64,000 bases of DNA from Thermoproteota archaeon (GTDB taxonomy: Archaea > Korarchaeota > Korarchaeia > Korarchaeales > Korarchaeaceae). The stretch is taken from positions 384,001 through 448,000 of the forward strand of contig JALSOH010000006.1 in the NCBI GenBank assembly GCA_026986575.1, written 5' to 3'. Made by a program: the position numbers and the translations under genes. The notes beneath the pieces are model-generated. The model had not been told where the DNA came from. It saw nothing but the letters and a program-made list of their open reading frames with translations, and searched no databases. This document shows, in pieces, positions 30,780-39,473 of the stretch (position 1 is the stretch's first letter; each line of letters begins with the position of its first letter).

Positions 30780-30848
30780 ACATATCGGGAAAGTTTTGTA
30801 GCTCCTAACAACGTTAATAAGGCCTCGCCGATCATCTCAATTGGAGGC

Positions 30849-32327
30849 ATGCATTGGAGGAGGGCTGCAGAGATCATAGCCATGGAAGCAGCCTACAGAT
30901 CAGCCAGAAAGCATGGAAAGGGTAGGGAGTTCATCAGGATAACAGGGAGGAGCGCCCTGAGGTATAACATCCTCCTAGCCGTCATGTTCTCCCTACTATC
31001 TTCTTCCCTCGGACTGGGAGCACTCCTCGGGAGGGAGGTATCATATCTCCTCCTCTCCATGCTCTTTATGATGGATGTGGTCATGGGAATCCTCACAATG
31101 GCCCTGAACCTTCAGATGCTCATCTCTGACAGGCTGCTGGATCCCCTCAAGCAGCTCCCCATAGATGAAGGGGGAGTCAGGAGCATCTTGCTCTGGATAG
31201 GCTTATACTGGGGAGGCGCCGCTCTTCCCTTTCTCCTCATGCCGGCTGGTCTGATATCCTCCCTCATATTGAGGGACCTGTCCACACTGCTAGCAAGCGT
31301 GCTGATGTCATTCTCGTCGCTCAACCTTTCCCTTGGACTGGGGTACCTAGCCGGGTCGTACAGCGCTAACTACACGAAGAGCGGGAAGGGGCTATTGAGA
31401 TCGACCCTCGCTTGGCTGTCTCTATTGAGTTTAGGATTCGCTATAGGTCCCGTCGCGTCATGGTTCCTGAGCTCCATCGAGACAGGAGCCCGCATACCTG
31501 AATGGATGGTCCCCTTGAGCTTCTGCTACCTCACCTCACCACGCGCCCTCATCTCATCCTCGGCGCTCCTCTTCCTGTCAGTGGCTATCATGACCCTCGG
31601 CTCCAAGAGGTTCTGGAGGAAGATATCGGTCGGGGAGGTCTCGGCACCCCCGCGTCCCCCGAAGTGGAGCCTGACCAGTGGACTGTGGGCGGCTCTGCTC
31701 AGGGAGATGAGAATAGTCCTCAGGACCCCGAGAGTCCTAGCCTCCCTGATAATATATTCCTTGGTCTTCCCGGTATCCCTCATATCACCCCAGAAGACCT
31801 TCCTAGGCGGCTTCCTAGGTCCGAACTATACATCTCTGTTTATGCTCTCGGTTGGGGGGCTTGGGGGATTCTCAGTGGTCTACCTCTATATATCCGAGTC
31901 CTCTGGGGCCAAGGCCCTGTACCTGCTTCCCCTGACCAGATCTAGAGTGGCAGCCATCAAGACACTCGCCTTCCTCCTCCTCAACCTGCCGCTCCTCTTA
32001 GCAGTCGCGCTCGTTCTGTGGATCGCGTCCGGGTGGAAGGGGATCTCCAACGCCCTAATATACGTGGCCTCCTTTTCGGGATCCTCCCTGCTTAACTCCT
32101 CCGTCTACGCGGTGATGCTCCCTGATGCCCCGTCCCACTGGACCTCCGAGACCTTCGGAAGGAACCTGATAGCTGCGATCTTCAGCGTGGAATCGGGTTT
32201 CTACTTCTTCCTAGGTCTAGCTCCCCTCTTGCTAGGCTTAAGAGAGGGAAGCATCGTGCTGGGAACATTGGCAGCTGTCTGGCTCGCTGATGCCATCCTG
32301 CTAATGATGGGCAGGAGGATCCTATAG
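30849..32327 (+). CDS. Multi-TM ABC-type exporter permease (no adjacent ATPase)
   Basis: Closely similar to 58805-60292 (EAAYRS, YWGGAALPF, GAK.LY.LPLT, PSHW..ETFGR). Confidence 0.7.
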   Translation: MHWRRAAEIIAMEAAYRSARKHGKGREFIRITGRSALRYNILLAVMFSLLSSSLGLGALLGREVSYLLLSMLFMMDVVMGILTMALNLQMLISDRLLDPLKQLPIDEGGVRSILLWIGLYWGGAALPFLLMPAGLISSLILRDLSTLLASVLMSFSSLNLSLGLGYLAGSYSANYTKSGKGLLRSTLAWLSLLSLGFAIGPVASWFLSSIETGARIPEWMVPLSFCYLTSPRALISSSALLFLSVAIMTLGSKRFWRKISVGEVSAPPRPPKWSLTSGLWAALLREMRIVLRTPRVLASLIIYSLVFPVSLISPQKTFLGGFLGPNYTSLFMLSVGGLGGFSVVYLYISESSGAKALYLLPLTRSRVAAIKTLAFLLLNLPLLLAVALVLWIASGWKGISNALIYVASFSGSSLLNSSVYAVMLPDAPSHWTSETFGRNLIAAIFSVESGFYFFLGLAPLLLGLREGSIVLGTLAAVWLADAILLMMGRRIL

Positions 32328-32384
32328 TGAAAGTTTCCTAGGTGCCGAGATTAATTCCGCAGATGTGCACTGTTTCAACTCACG

Positions 32385-33023
32385 GTGAGCCCTCAATGCG
32401 TGGACCACCTGTCTACTGGCATACCAGATCTAGACGAGTTGCTAGGCGGTGGCGTGGAGAGGAACTCATTCACGGAGTTCTATTCCTCCAGCTTCAACGT
32501 TCTCAGGCTGCTCTACCACAGGCTCATCCTCTCCTTGGTGGGTAGTGGAGTGATCTCGGTTCATGTCCAAGAATTCTCCGGATTGGATCCCTACCTACTC
32601 AGATCCATAGCTAAGAGGCTGGGAGTCGACTGGAATCTGGTGGAGAAGAACTTCAGGATAGCTAGGGGCTTCAAGGTCGAGGATGTGATGGCCTTAGTTG
32701 ACACGGTCGCTCACCTGAGCGTCCCCGTGGTGCTGATATTCGATCCCTTCCTCCACGGAGGGGGTCCAGATCTCAGCTGGAAGATCAGGGATCTAATCAA
32801 GGGGACTACCGTGGTGTCTATCAACAGGGGCTCAACCCACCCTAGGGGAGGGAGGTACCATTCTCACACGGTCCACGCTCTGATCAGAATGAGTCCGTTG
32901 GGAGAGATCGTGAGGGTCGAGCTGGTGAAGCATCCCTCTCTTCCCAGTTCCACGACCTACATCACGATGAGGGAGCTGATGGGAGAATGGGGAGGTCAGC
33001 GCCCACTCTTAGAATGGCTGTGA
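32385..33023 (+). CDS. RadA-like protein with degenerate Walker A (PolB2-associated type)
   Basis: LSTGIPDLDELLGGG start with no GKT/S; C-terminal GQRPLLEW PIP-box-like tail. Confidence 0.75.
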   Translation: MSPQCVDHLSTGIPDLDELLGGGVERNSFTEFYSSSFNVLRLLYHRLILSLVGSGVISVHVQEFSGLDPYLLRSIAKRLGVDWNLVEKNFRIARGFKVEDVMALVDTVAHLSVPVVLIFDPFLHGGGPDLSWKIRDLIKGTTVVSINRGSTHPRGGRYHSHTVHALIRMSPLGEIVRVELVKHPSLPSSTTYITMRELMGEWGGQRPLLEWL

Positions 33024-33235
33024 GATGTGAGCTGGAGAGGTTGAGGCGGATCTCCAAAGTGGAGAGGGATCCCGAAATTAGAAGGTCCTTGGAAGAGGTT
33101 CTCAGGGTTGGTGAGAAACTTCTGGACGCTTACTCGGTCGAACCACCCACTGATGCGATGGAGGTAGTGCTGTTAAGTGCCATAGTGGAACTCTTCTCTA
33201 GGTGTCGCGACCTATCGGTCAATGGAACAAATTAG
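32987..33235 (+). CDS. Small helical protein, arCOG07300-like PolB2 partner
   Basis: MGRSAPTLR N-terminus; overlaps the RadA-like gene. Confidence 0.6.
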   Translation: MGRSAPTLRMAVRCELERLRRISKVERDPEIRRSLEEVLRVGEKLLDAYSVEPPTDAMEVVLLSAIVELFSRCRDLSVNGTN

Positions 33236-33842
33236 AACAATAAAATAAATTTATCTTACTTTTAAGTCACGAGACCCGGAAAGTAGGGTAGAGCGATGAG
33301 CGGTGCTGAGGCAGCTGCCATCGTTCTCATAGTCATAGCAGCCCCGATCTTATTACATAATTTAACTTATGATTATTTACTCTCGAGGTGAGAACAGAGG
33401 CCAGCAACATCTTTCTCGCAGTCCTTCACACCTAGGCTTAAGCCAAACCGAAGCAAAAACTGGGCCTAAACAGAAGCCAGCCCCCGACCATGTCACCGCA
33501 GAGGACCCTTAGAGGAGTGAGATGGAGATCTGGTACGATAAGGCGACTGGCGAGTGCGTCAAAGCGGCTTTATACATTCCCGGGGTTGGAAGGATACAGG
33601 TCTTGGATATCCAAGCATGGACTGCTCGTCAAGTGGACCTCTTAAGAGTAGAAGGGGTTCTTGTGGCCTACGTGTGATCTTAAGACGTAAAGACGTATTC
33701 AAATACAGGTAGCCTCTAGCGGGACCTAGCTGGCTGAGCCCCTCCTGGAACTAAGAGTTCCCACGAGCGACTCTCATGAATCGTTAAAGATCGTTGGATG
33801 GGGGAATCCAAACGACCGGACCGGAAAGGAAAAAAGGCCTCC

Positions 33843-36269
33843 ATGTATAAACTCAAGGATGGACACATAGAGAGGCTCTCAACTGGAGTCAAGGAGCTAG
33901 ATAGAATACTTGGAGGTGGAATACCGAGGGGCTTCCTCGTGGCAGTCGCGGGAGAGCCAGGGACTGGGAAGACGGTACTTTGCATTCGCTTCTCATGGCA
34001 GGGTATCTTGGACGGTGATAAGGTGATCTACGTGACCACAGAGGAGTCTAGGGAATCAGTAATAAGGCAAGCTGAGACCTTGGGCATGAGGCTGGGCGAT
34101 GCGGTGACAAGAGGGAAGGCAATAGTAATTGACGCTCTCTTGGGGAGCGACAGATGGAGCCTCAGGTCCTTGAACCCCGAGGACATGGTGGAGAAGGTAG
34201 TGGAGGCGAAGAGGGAACTCGGCTATGGGAGGGCGCGACTGGTCATAGACAGCATGAGCGCCTTCTGGCTCGATAAGCCAGCAATGGCCCGCAAGTACTC
34301 CTACTACCTGAAGAAGGTGCTCCATAAGTGGGATTTCACTATTCTGGCCACTACTCAATACGCTATTACGACCTCTATCACCGGTAACCAGCTCGTCGCC
34401 GTGAAGGGAGAGAAGGAAGTGGAAGTGCTACCCATTAGGGAGCTCAGAGAAAAATTCGGGAACTCTTCCTCCAATTTAACATGCCTTTCCTTGAGGAGCG
34501 ACTTGGAGGCTGGGTGGTCTAGGATACTAGCAATAAGCGAGCACGAATCTAGGGAGCCCATCTATAAGATCAGGCTCGAGGGCGGCAGGTCGATTGAGGT
34601 AACGGGAGATCACAGCATATACGTTTGGCGAAACGGAATCGAGGTGATACCCGCTAGGGAGATCAGGGTGGGTGATTTCCTGATATCCCTACGGAGGTTC
34701 GCTGTTCCGGGAATCGGGAAGGCAAAGATAGATGTCGTCTCCTCCTTGATGGATTCCGGCCTGGATCCCTCTCTCATATACCTCAGGGGAGTTGACGACA
34801 TATCCCTGAATGATCCGAGGGTACTGAATGTGATCAGGGCTAAGAAAAGCGGTCACGATACCCTTAGGTACTACTGGCGCGGGCAGAAGGTTCTACCTCT
34901 GGAGGTCCTCCTCTCGGCCGGAGTCACCGGGTTCAGCGCGAGCAAGGTATCGATCGCGTTTAGGAGTGAGAGAGGAAGGGTAATAGTCATGAAGAAGGGA
35001 GTGAAATCTAGTATACAGGTGGACGGAAGGCTGGGGAGGCTTTTAGGGTACTACGTCGCTGAGGGCCATCTGAAGGATAACAAGACAGTCCTGACATTCG
35101 GAAGTCACGAAGTAAGTTACGCAAGGGATGCCGCAGATCTGTTCAAGGAGGTCTTTGGTGTGGACGCCAAGGTAAGAAGCGTGGGATCCAAACTGGTGGT
35201 TGAGGTCGATAGTGCGGTGGTGAGAATGGTCCTAGAGGATATCCTTGGAGTCAAGACAGGAGCTCACGCGAAGGAAGTTCCTCCCTTCATATTCCTAGCT
35301 CCTCGCGATGTAAAGATGAATTTCTTGATAGGGCTGTACAGGGGAGACGGTCACTTGAGGAGGAGTGGGCGGGACTTGACCCTGACGACGGCTAGTGAGA
35401 GGCTCTTAAACGGAGTCATCTTGCTCTTGCTCGAGCAGGGGATCGTTCCACACATATCTAGGAGGGGAAACGCGTATAACCTAGTTATATCCTACGCGGG
35501 CGGCTTGAAGAGGCTCAAGGAGGTCGTTGAGGCCATCCGTCCTGATGTCAGGATGAGGGACGGTCTAACTAGCTCGGCTCTCGAGGGTATACCTAGGGAA
35601 TTACTCGTCGAGATCCTCTCCTCACTGGGTACCCCAAGGAGCGGGACTTACACAAACCTGAACAAGGTGAGGGTCTCCTATTGGAGAGCTAAGAAGTCGC
35701 TGAACTCCGGTCCTGTGAAGAGGTTCTTGGAATTCGTCGATGGTAAAGGAAGCTCCAAGATCAGGAAGGAACTTCGGAGGAAGGGGCTGATCAATGCAAA
35801 TGAGGAGCTCACTGAAAAGGGCCTCAAACTTATGGAGAAGGTAGAAATCGCTAAATCTCTGATGGATTCAGATGTTATGTTCTTGAGGGTCAAGGAGATC
35901 GAAGTGTTGGAGGGACGCCATCCAGTTTACGATGTGGCGGTGGAGGGAGAGCAGAACTTCTTCGCTGGCTTGGGCTGGATACTCTGCCACAATTCAGAGG
36001 CGTTTGGCTTCGGTTTAGAGCATATAGCCGATGGGATCATCAGGTTCAGGAGAGTAGTTAGGGGAGGGAGGCTGAAGAGGTTCCTCTTGGTGGAGAAGAT
36101 GAGACAGACCCCCCATGACCTGAGGATGTATGAAGTGGTGATAGAGCCTAGCAGGGGGATGAGGCTCGTGGGACCCGTGGGTCTGAGAGCTGAAGATTTC
36201 GCACTGCCCCAGAGCGTCACCAAGAGGATACTCGAAGCTAAGAAGAGGTCGGAGGAGGAGCTCTCGTGA
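33843..36269 (+). CDS. KaiC-family ATPase (PAE1156-like) interrupted by an intein
   Basis: RLSTG..ELD..LGGGIP, GEPGTGKT, YVTTEES and LVIDS; the QYAITT-S-EAFGFGLEHIADGII motif is restored once the intein is removed. Confidence 0.85.
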   Translation: MYKLKDGHIERLSTGVKELDRILGGGIPRGFLVAVAGEPGTGKTVLCIRFSWQGILDGDKVIYVTTEESRESVIRQAETLGMRLGDAVTRGKAIVIDALLGSDRWSLRSLNPEDMVEKVVEAKRELGYGRARLVIDSMSAFWLDKPAMARKYSYYLKKVLHKWDFTILATTQYAITTSITGNQLVAVKGEKEVEVLPIRELREKFGNSSSNLTCLSLRSDLEAGWSRILAISEHESREPIYKIRLEGGRSIEVTGDHSIYVWRNGIEVIPAREIRVGDFLISLRRFAVPGIGKAKIDVVSSLMDSGLDPSLIYLRGVDDISLNDPRVLNVIRAKKSGHDTLRYYWRGQKVLPLEVLLSAGVTGFSASKVSIAFRSERGRVIVMKKGVKSSIQVDGRLGRLLGYYVAEGHLKDNKTVLTFGSHEVSYARDAADLFKEVFGVDAKVRSVGSKLVVEVDSAVVRMVLEDILGVKTGAHAKEVPPFIFLAPRDVKMNFLIGLYRGDGHLRRSGRDLTLTTASERLLNGVILLLLEQGIVPHISRRGNAYNLVISYAGGLKRLKEVVEAIRPDVRMRDGLTSSALEGIPRELLVEILSSLGTPRSGTYTNLNKVRVSYWRAKKSLNSGPVKRFLEFVDGKGSSKIRKELRRKGLINANEELTEKGLKLMEKVEIAKSLMDSDVMFLRVKEIEVLEGRHPVYDVAVEGEQNFFAGLGWILCHNSEAFGFGLEHIADGIIRFRRVVRGGRLKRFLLVEKMRQTPHDLRMYEVVIEPSRGMRLVGPVGLRAEDFALPQSVTKRILEAKKRSEEELS
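34374..35993 (+). mobile_element. 540-aa intein with LAGLIDADG homing endonuclease
   Basis: N-terminal SITGNQ, block B VTGDHS, LAGLIDADG helices LLGYYVAEG and FLIGLYRGDG, block F VYDVAVE, C-terminal CHN followed by +1 Ser. Confidence 0.9.
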
Positions 36270-36313
36270 ATCTGGGGGGTGACCGTTTTTTATCGCATCA
36301 CACCACCCTGTAA

Positions 36314-37192
36314 GTGGTGCTTCAGGTGCCGGACCTCTCCAAATACTTAGACGATCACGACGCACAGCTCGTCAGGGAGCACTACTCCAGACCTGACGTT
36401 AAAAGCGAGGTCGTGAGGTTCTCCAGAGGTCGCTGGCTGGCCTTGGCTGGCGAGAGATGGATAAGACACTTCGGTAGGGCGCCTCTCACCATAGACTCCC
36501 TGAAGCTGCCGGGCACCCTGCTGGCCACCGGAACTAGGTCCATCTATGCAACCACATCCGTTTATAGGAGACTCAAATCCCGTGAGGATCCCTACGACGA
36601 CTCCAACGTTGTGGCAGTCACACCTTACCTAGACATCGACAATGAACTAGAGGCCTGGAGGGCGACGATAGAAGCGGCGAGGGCAATAACTGACGAGCTG
36701 GAGAGACTCGGCGTGATCAAGTCGGTCTACATCCTGTGGTCGGGGAACGGAGCTCATGTTAGGGTGCATGAACATGCCCTCTCTAAAGAGTTCAGGGATC
36801 TGGACCACGCTTGGGCTCTCGCCGAGTACCTCAGGATCAGGGTTGAGGTGAGAGTGGCCGAGATAAGGGCGAGACGCGAGGTCCTCGAGATGAAGGTCGA
36901 GAACCAGATCAAACCCCGATCCCTCTTCACGGTCCCGCTTAGTCTGCATCGAGGAATAGATCGAGTTGCGGTCTGCTTCAAGCCTGAAAGCCTAGATGAC
37001 TTCGATCCATCTTGGACCTCACCGAACGATTTCAGGCACGACCTCTCTTGGGATGACCACGAGGTTGGGGAGGCGGATGAGGCCTCCAAAGTCGCTATGG
37101 AAGTAGTGGGCGGATATCCAATAAGGAGGAGCTGGAAGAGGAAGGAACCCCCAGTGGATGAGATGGTGAGGAGGTGGAATGACCTTGACTGA
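36314..37192 (+). CDS. Archaeo-eukaryotic primase (AEP) superfamily protein
   Basis: Motif I YLDID and motif II WSGNGAHV; P.SLH in the C-terminal part. Confidence 0.7.
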   Translation: MVLQVPDLSKYLDDHDAQLVREHYSRPDVKSEVVRFSRGRWLALAGERWIRHFGRAPLTIDSLKLPGTLLATGTRSIYATTSVYRRLKSREDPYDDSNVVAVTPYLDIDNELEAWRATIEAARAITDELERLGVIKSVYILWSGNGAHVRVHEHALSKEFRDLDHAWALAEYLRIRVEVRVAEIRARREVLEMKVENQIKPRSLFTVPLSLHRGIDRVAVCFKPESLDDFDPSWTSPNDFRHDLSWDDHEVGEADEASKVAMEVVGGYPIRRSWKRKEPPVDEMVRRWNDLD

Positions 37193-37565
37193 CAGGGAAA
37201 AAGCCATCGTCGTATCTCTGATACTTCAAGGAAGGGTGGAAGAAGCTTTGGAACTCGTATGCTCCGCCTACGGGAAGGTGCCTCCCAAGGTGAAGGTCGG
37301 CAGGGTGAAGGGACACGACAAGGCCCTGGCAGTATATGATGCTAAGAGGGAAACGATCTTCGTTTCTAGAGGAGATCTACTCAGGAATCCCTTCATAATC
37401 CTGCATGAGACCTATCATCACATCAGGATGTTCGCTGGAAGGCATAGGGGTACGGAAAAGCACGCTGACAGATTCGCCCAGTCGTTCTTAGAAGCCTACT
37501 GCCATGTGGTTGGGAGCGAGATGGGATACCAACCTCCTTGGTGCCGGGCCTTGGGATCTACTTGA
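37179..37565 (+). CDS. Small HExxH zinc metallopeptidase-like protein
   Basis: ILHETYHH with downstream E..AD.FA; overlaps the AEP gene. Confidence 0.6.
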   Translation: MTLTDREKAIVVSLILQGRVEEALELVCSAYGKVPPKVKVGRVKGHDKALAVYDAKRETIFVSRGDLLRNPFIILHETYHHIRMFAGRHRGTEKHADRFAQSFLEAYCHVVGSEMGYQPPWCRALGST

Positions 37566-37624
37566 GGTGTAAAGTCGTAAACCGATAGTCGTATCATCTT
37601 TTTCTCCTCGAGAGGTAGGAACCA

Positions 37625-38860
37625 ATGATGAGGTACCTCCTCCCCGCACTACTCTTAACGCTCTTAATTGTGATGGGCTCGGTCCGAGCCGATCCGGAGA
37701 CCAATACTCCCGAGACGAGCCCCCAAAGACAACTGGCAGATGTCTGGTCAGACAGGGGAGGGAAGGGACTCAACGTCAGCTGTGGGCACTACAGGGTTGG
37801 GGAGGAGGTGACTCTTTACTTCCAAGTCTCCAAAGTGATGTACATAGAGCTTTATATCATAAGGCCCGACGGGAGCAAGATCAGGCTCATGAACATCTCC
37901 ATGACTGGTCCAGGGGTCGTGTACAAGACACCACCCATACTCCTGATAGATGAGGGTCCTAGGACCGTCCAGCTCGTGGGAGCTAGGAGCCATCAAGTCC
38001 TCGACTCCTGCAACTTCTACGTGACGAAGGAAGTGGTGGGTGGAGACGTGTGGACCGACGAAGGTGGGAGGGGGCGTGGGACTCCCGGTGGGACCTTTCC
38101 CCCACTGAAACCTATCAGGGTCGCGCTTAGAATCAACTCCACCGCTGAAGTCGAGCTTAGGGCCATCACATCTAGGGGAGAGCAGGTGCTCTTCAAGGGT
38201 AAACTAGAGGCCAACGAGGTGAGGTACGTTTACTTGGAAGCCCTTCAGGAGGGTGTGATCACGCTGAAACTACTGCACGATGGCAAGGAGCTCGACACCT
38301 GCCGCCTCCTCATCACCCTACCGGTCGAGGAGAACCCCCCTATACTGGAGGTTAATGGGATCTCAGTGTCCGGTCTCACTGTGACTGTGAACGGAAAGGT
38401 GGAACCGGGGACCCCTAACGCGACAGTTATCCTCCGATGGATGTGGGGGGACGGAACCGAGGACGAAGGTGAATTTCCCAAGTCCCACACGTACAGCAAG
38501 GGAGGCAAGTACACGATAACCGTAATAGCAGAGCAGAGCGATGGTCTCTCATCCAATTTCACCTATACCATCCAAGTGAGCTCTCCTGAAACCGCGACCG
38601 AGGTGAAGGGGGAGTCAGGGGCGATGGAGACTTCCACAAGCAGTCGACCCCTAATACCCCCCACTATCACTAGGGTGATCACCGTAACGCCTGAACGCAT
38701 CGAAACTTCCTCATCACCCTATCCGGCGCTGTCGTTCCTTCTGGGATCGGTAGTTACGGTATTCTCCTTCCTGATAATCTCGCGCCTCTTGAGGAGGCAG
38801 GACACGGGAGAGGGGATGCCTGGGTCGGGCCAAGGTGACACGGGAGCAGGTGAAGATTAA
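37625..38860 (+). CDS. PKD-domain cell-surface protein
   Basis: Signal peptide, two repeated DVW.D.GG.G modules, WMWGDG...HTY..GGKYTI PKD motif and C-terminal TM. Confidence 0.8.
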   Translation: MMRYLLPALLLTLLIVMGSVRADPETNTPETSPQRQLADVWSDRGGKGLNVSCGHYRVGEEVTLYFQVSKVMYIELYIIRPDGSKIRLMNISMTGPGVVYKTPPILLIDEGPRTVQLVGARSHQVLDSCNFYVTKEVVGGDVWTDEGGRGRGTPGGTFPPLKPIRVALRINSTAEVELRAITSRGEQVLFKGKLEANEVRYVYLEALQEGVITLKLLHDGKELDTCRLLITLPVEENPPILEVNGISVSGLTVTVNGKVEPGTPNATVILRWMWGDGTEDEGEFPKSHTYSKGGKYTITVIAEQSDGLSSNFTYTIQVSSPETATEVKGESGAMETSTSSRPLIPPTITRVITVTPERIETSSSPYPALSFLLGSVVTVFSFLIISRLLRRQDTGEGMPGSGQGDTGAGED

Positions 38861-38876
38861 TATCTTCTACCGTATT

Positions 38877-39290
38877 ATGACGCGGATAATAGTGAAGGAC
38901 GTATTCGAGATAGGTTACCGGTACCTGATGCCCTTCCTCAGGGCCACCCTAGTTAGGATGCTCGTGGAAAGAGGGTTGAGCGAGGTTAAGATTGCTTCCA
39001 TACTCGTCATGACCCAGTCAGCGGTTTCACGCTACGCCAACATGAAGAGAGGCAGCGTGGTGGATCTCTCGAATAGGAAGGATGTGATGGAGAGGGTCCA
39101 GTCGTTGGCCAGCAGGATAGTCGAGGAGGAGCTGGACCCCTTCACGATTCAGATGGAGCTGACGAAGATAGCCCTTTATTCGTTGGCCAAGGGTTATGTC
39201 TGTGAATTTCACGAGAAGATAGATCCGAGGATAGATCCGGACAAGTGCAACGTCTGTAAAACGTTGTTTAAAGAGTTTGTCACTTTATAA
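38877..39290 (+). CDS. Predicted transcriptional regulator (COG2522-like HTH with C-terminal Cys/His cluster)
   Basis: GLSEVKIASILVMTQSAVSRY HTH; CEFH...CNVC. Confidence 0.75.
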   Translation: MTRIIVKDVFEIGYRYLMPFLRATLVRMLVERGLSEVKIASILVMTQSAVSRYANMKRGSVVDLSNRKDVMERVQSLASRIVEEELDPFTIQMELTKIALYSLAKGYVCEFHEKIDPRIDPDKCNVCKTLFKEFVTL

Positions 39291-39473
39291 GTTGATTATT
39301 TTTGCTCCCCATGGTGTACTGGTTTTCATCACAGTTCAGCGCTTCCAGCGATATATTGAGGATGCGTTGAAACCCAACTGATAAAAAGGATATCGATATC
39401 TTATAAGAGGCCCGGTCGGCCCGTGATAGGGCCCGGGTGACCCAACCAACTCGCCCCCGTCCAGGCCGCTTAT

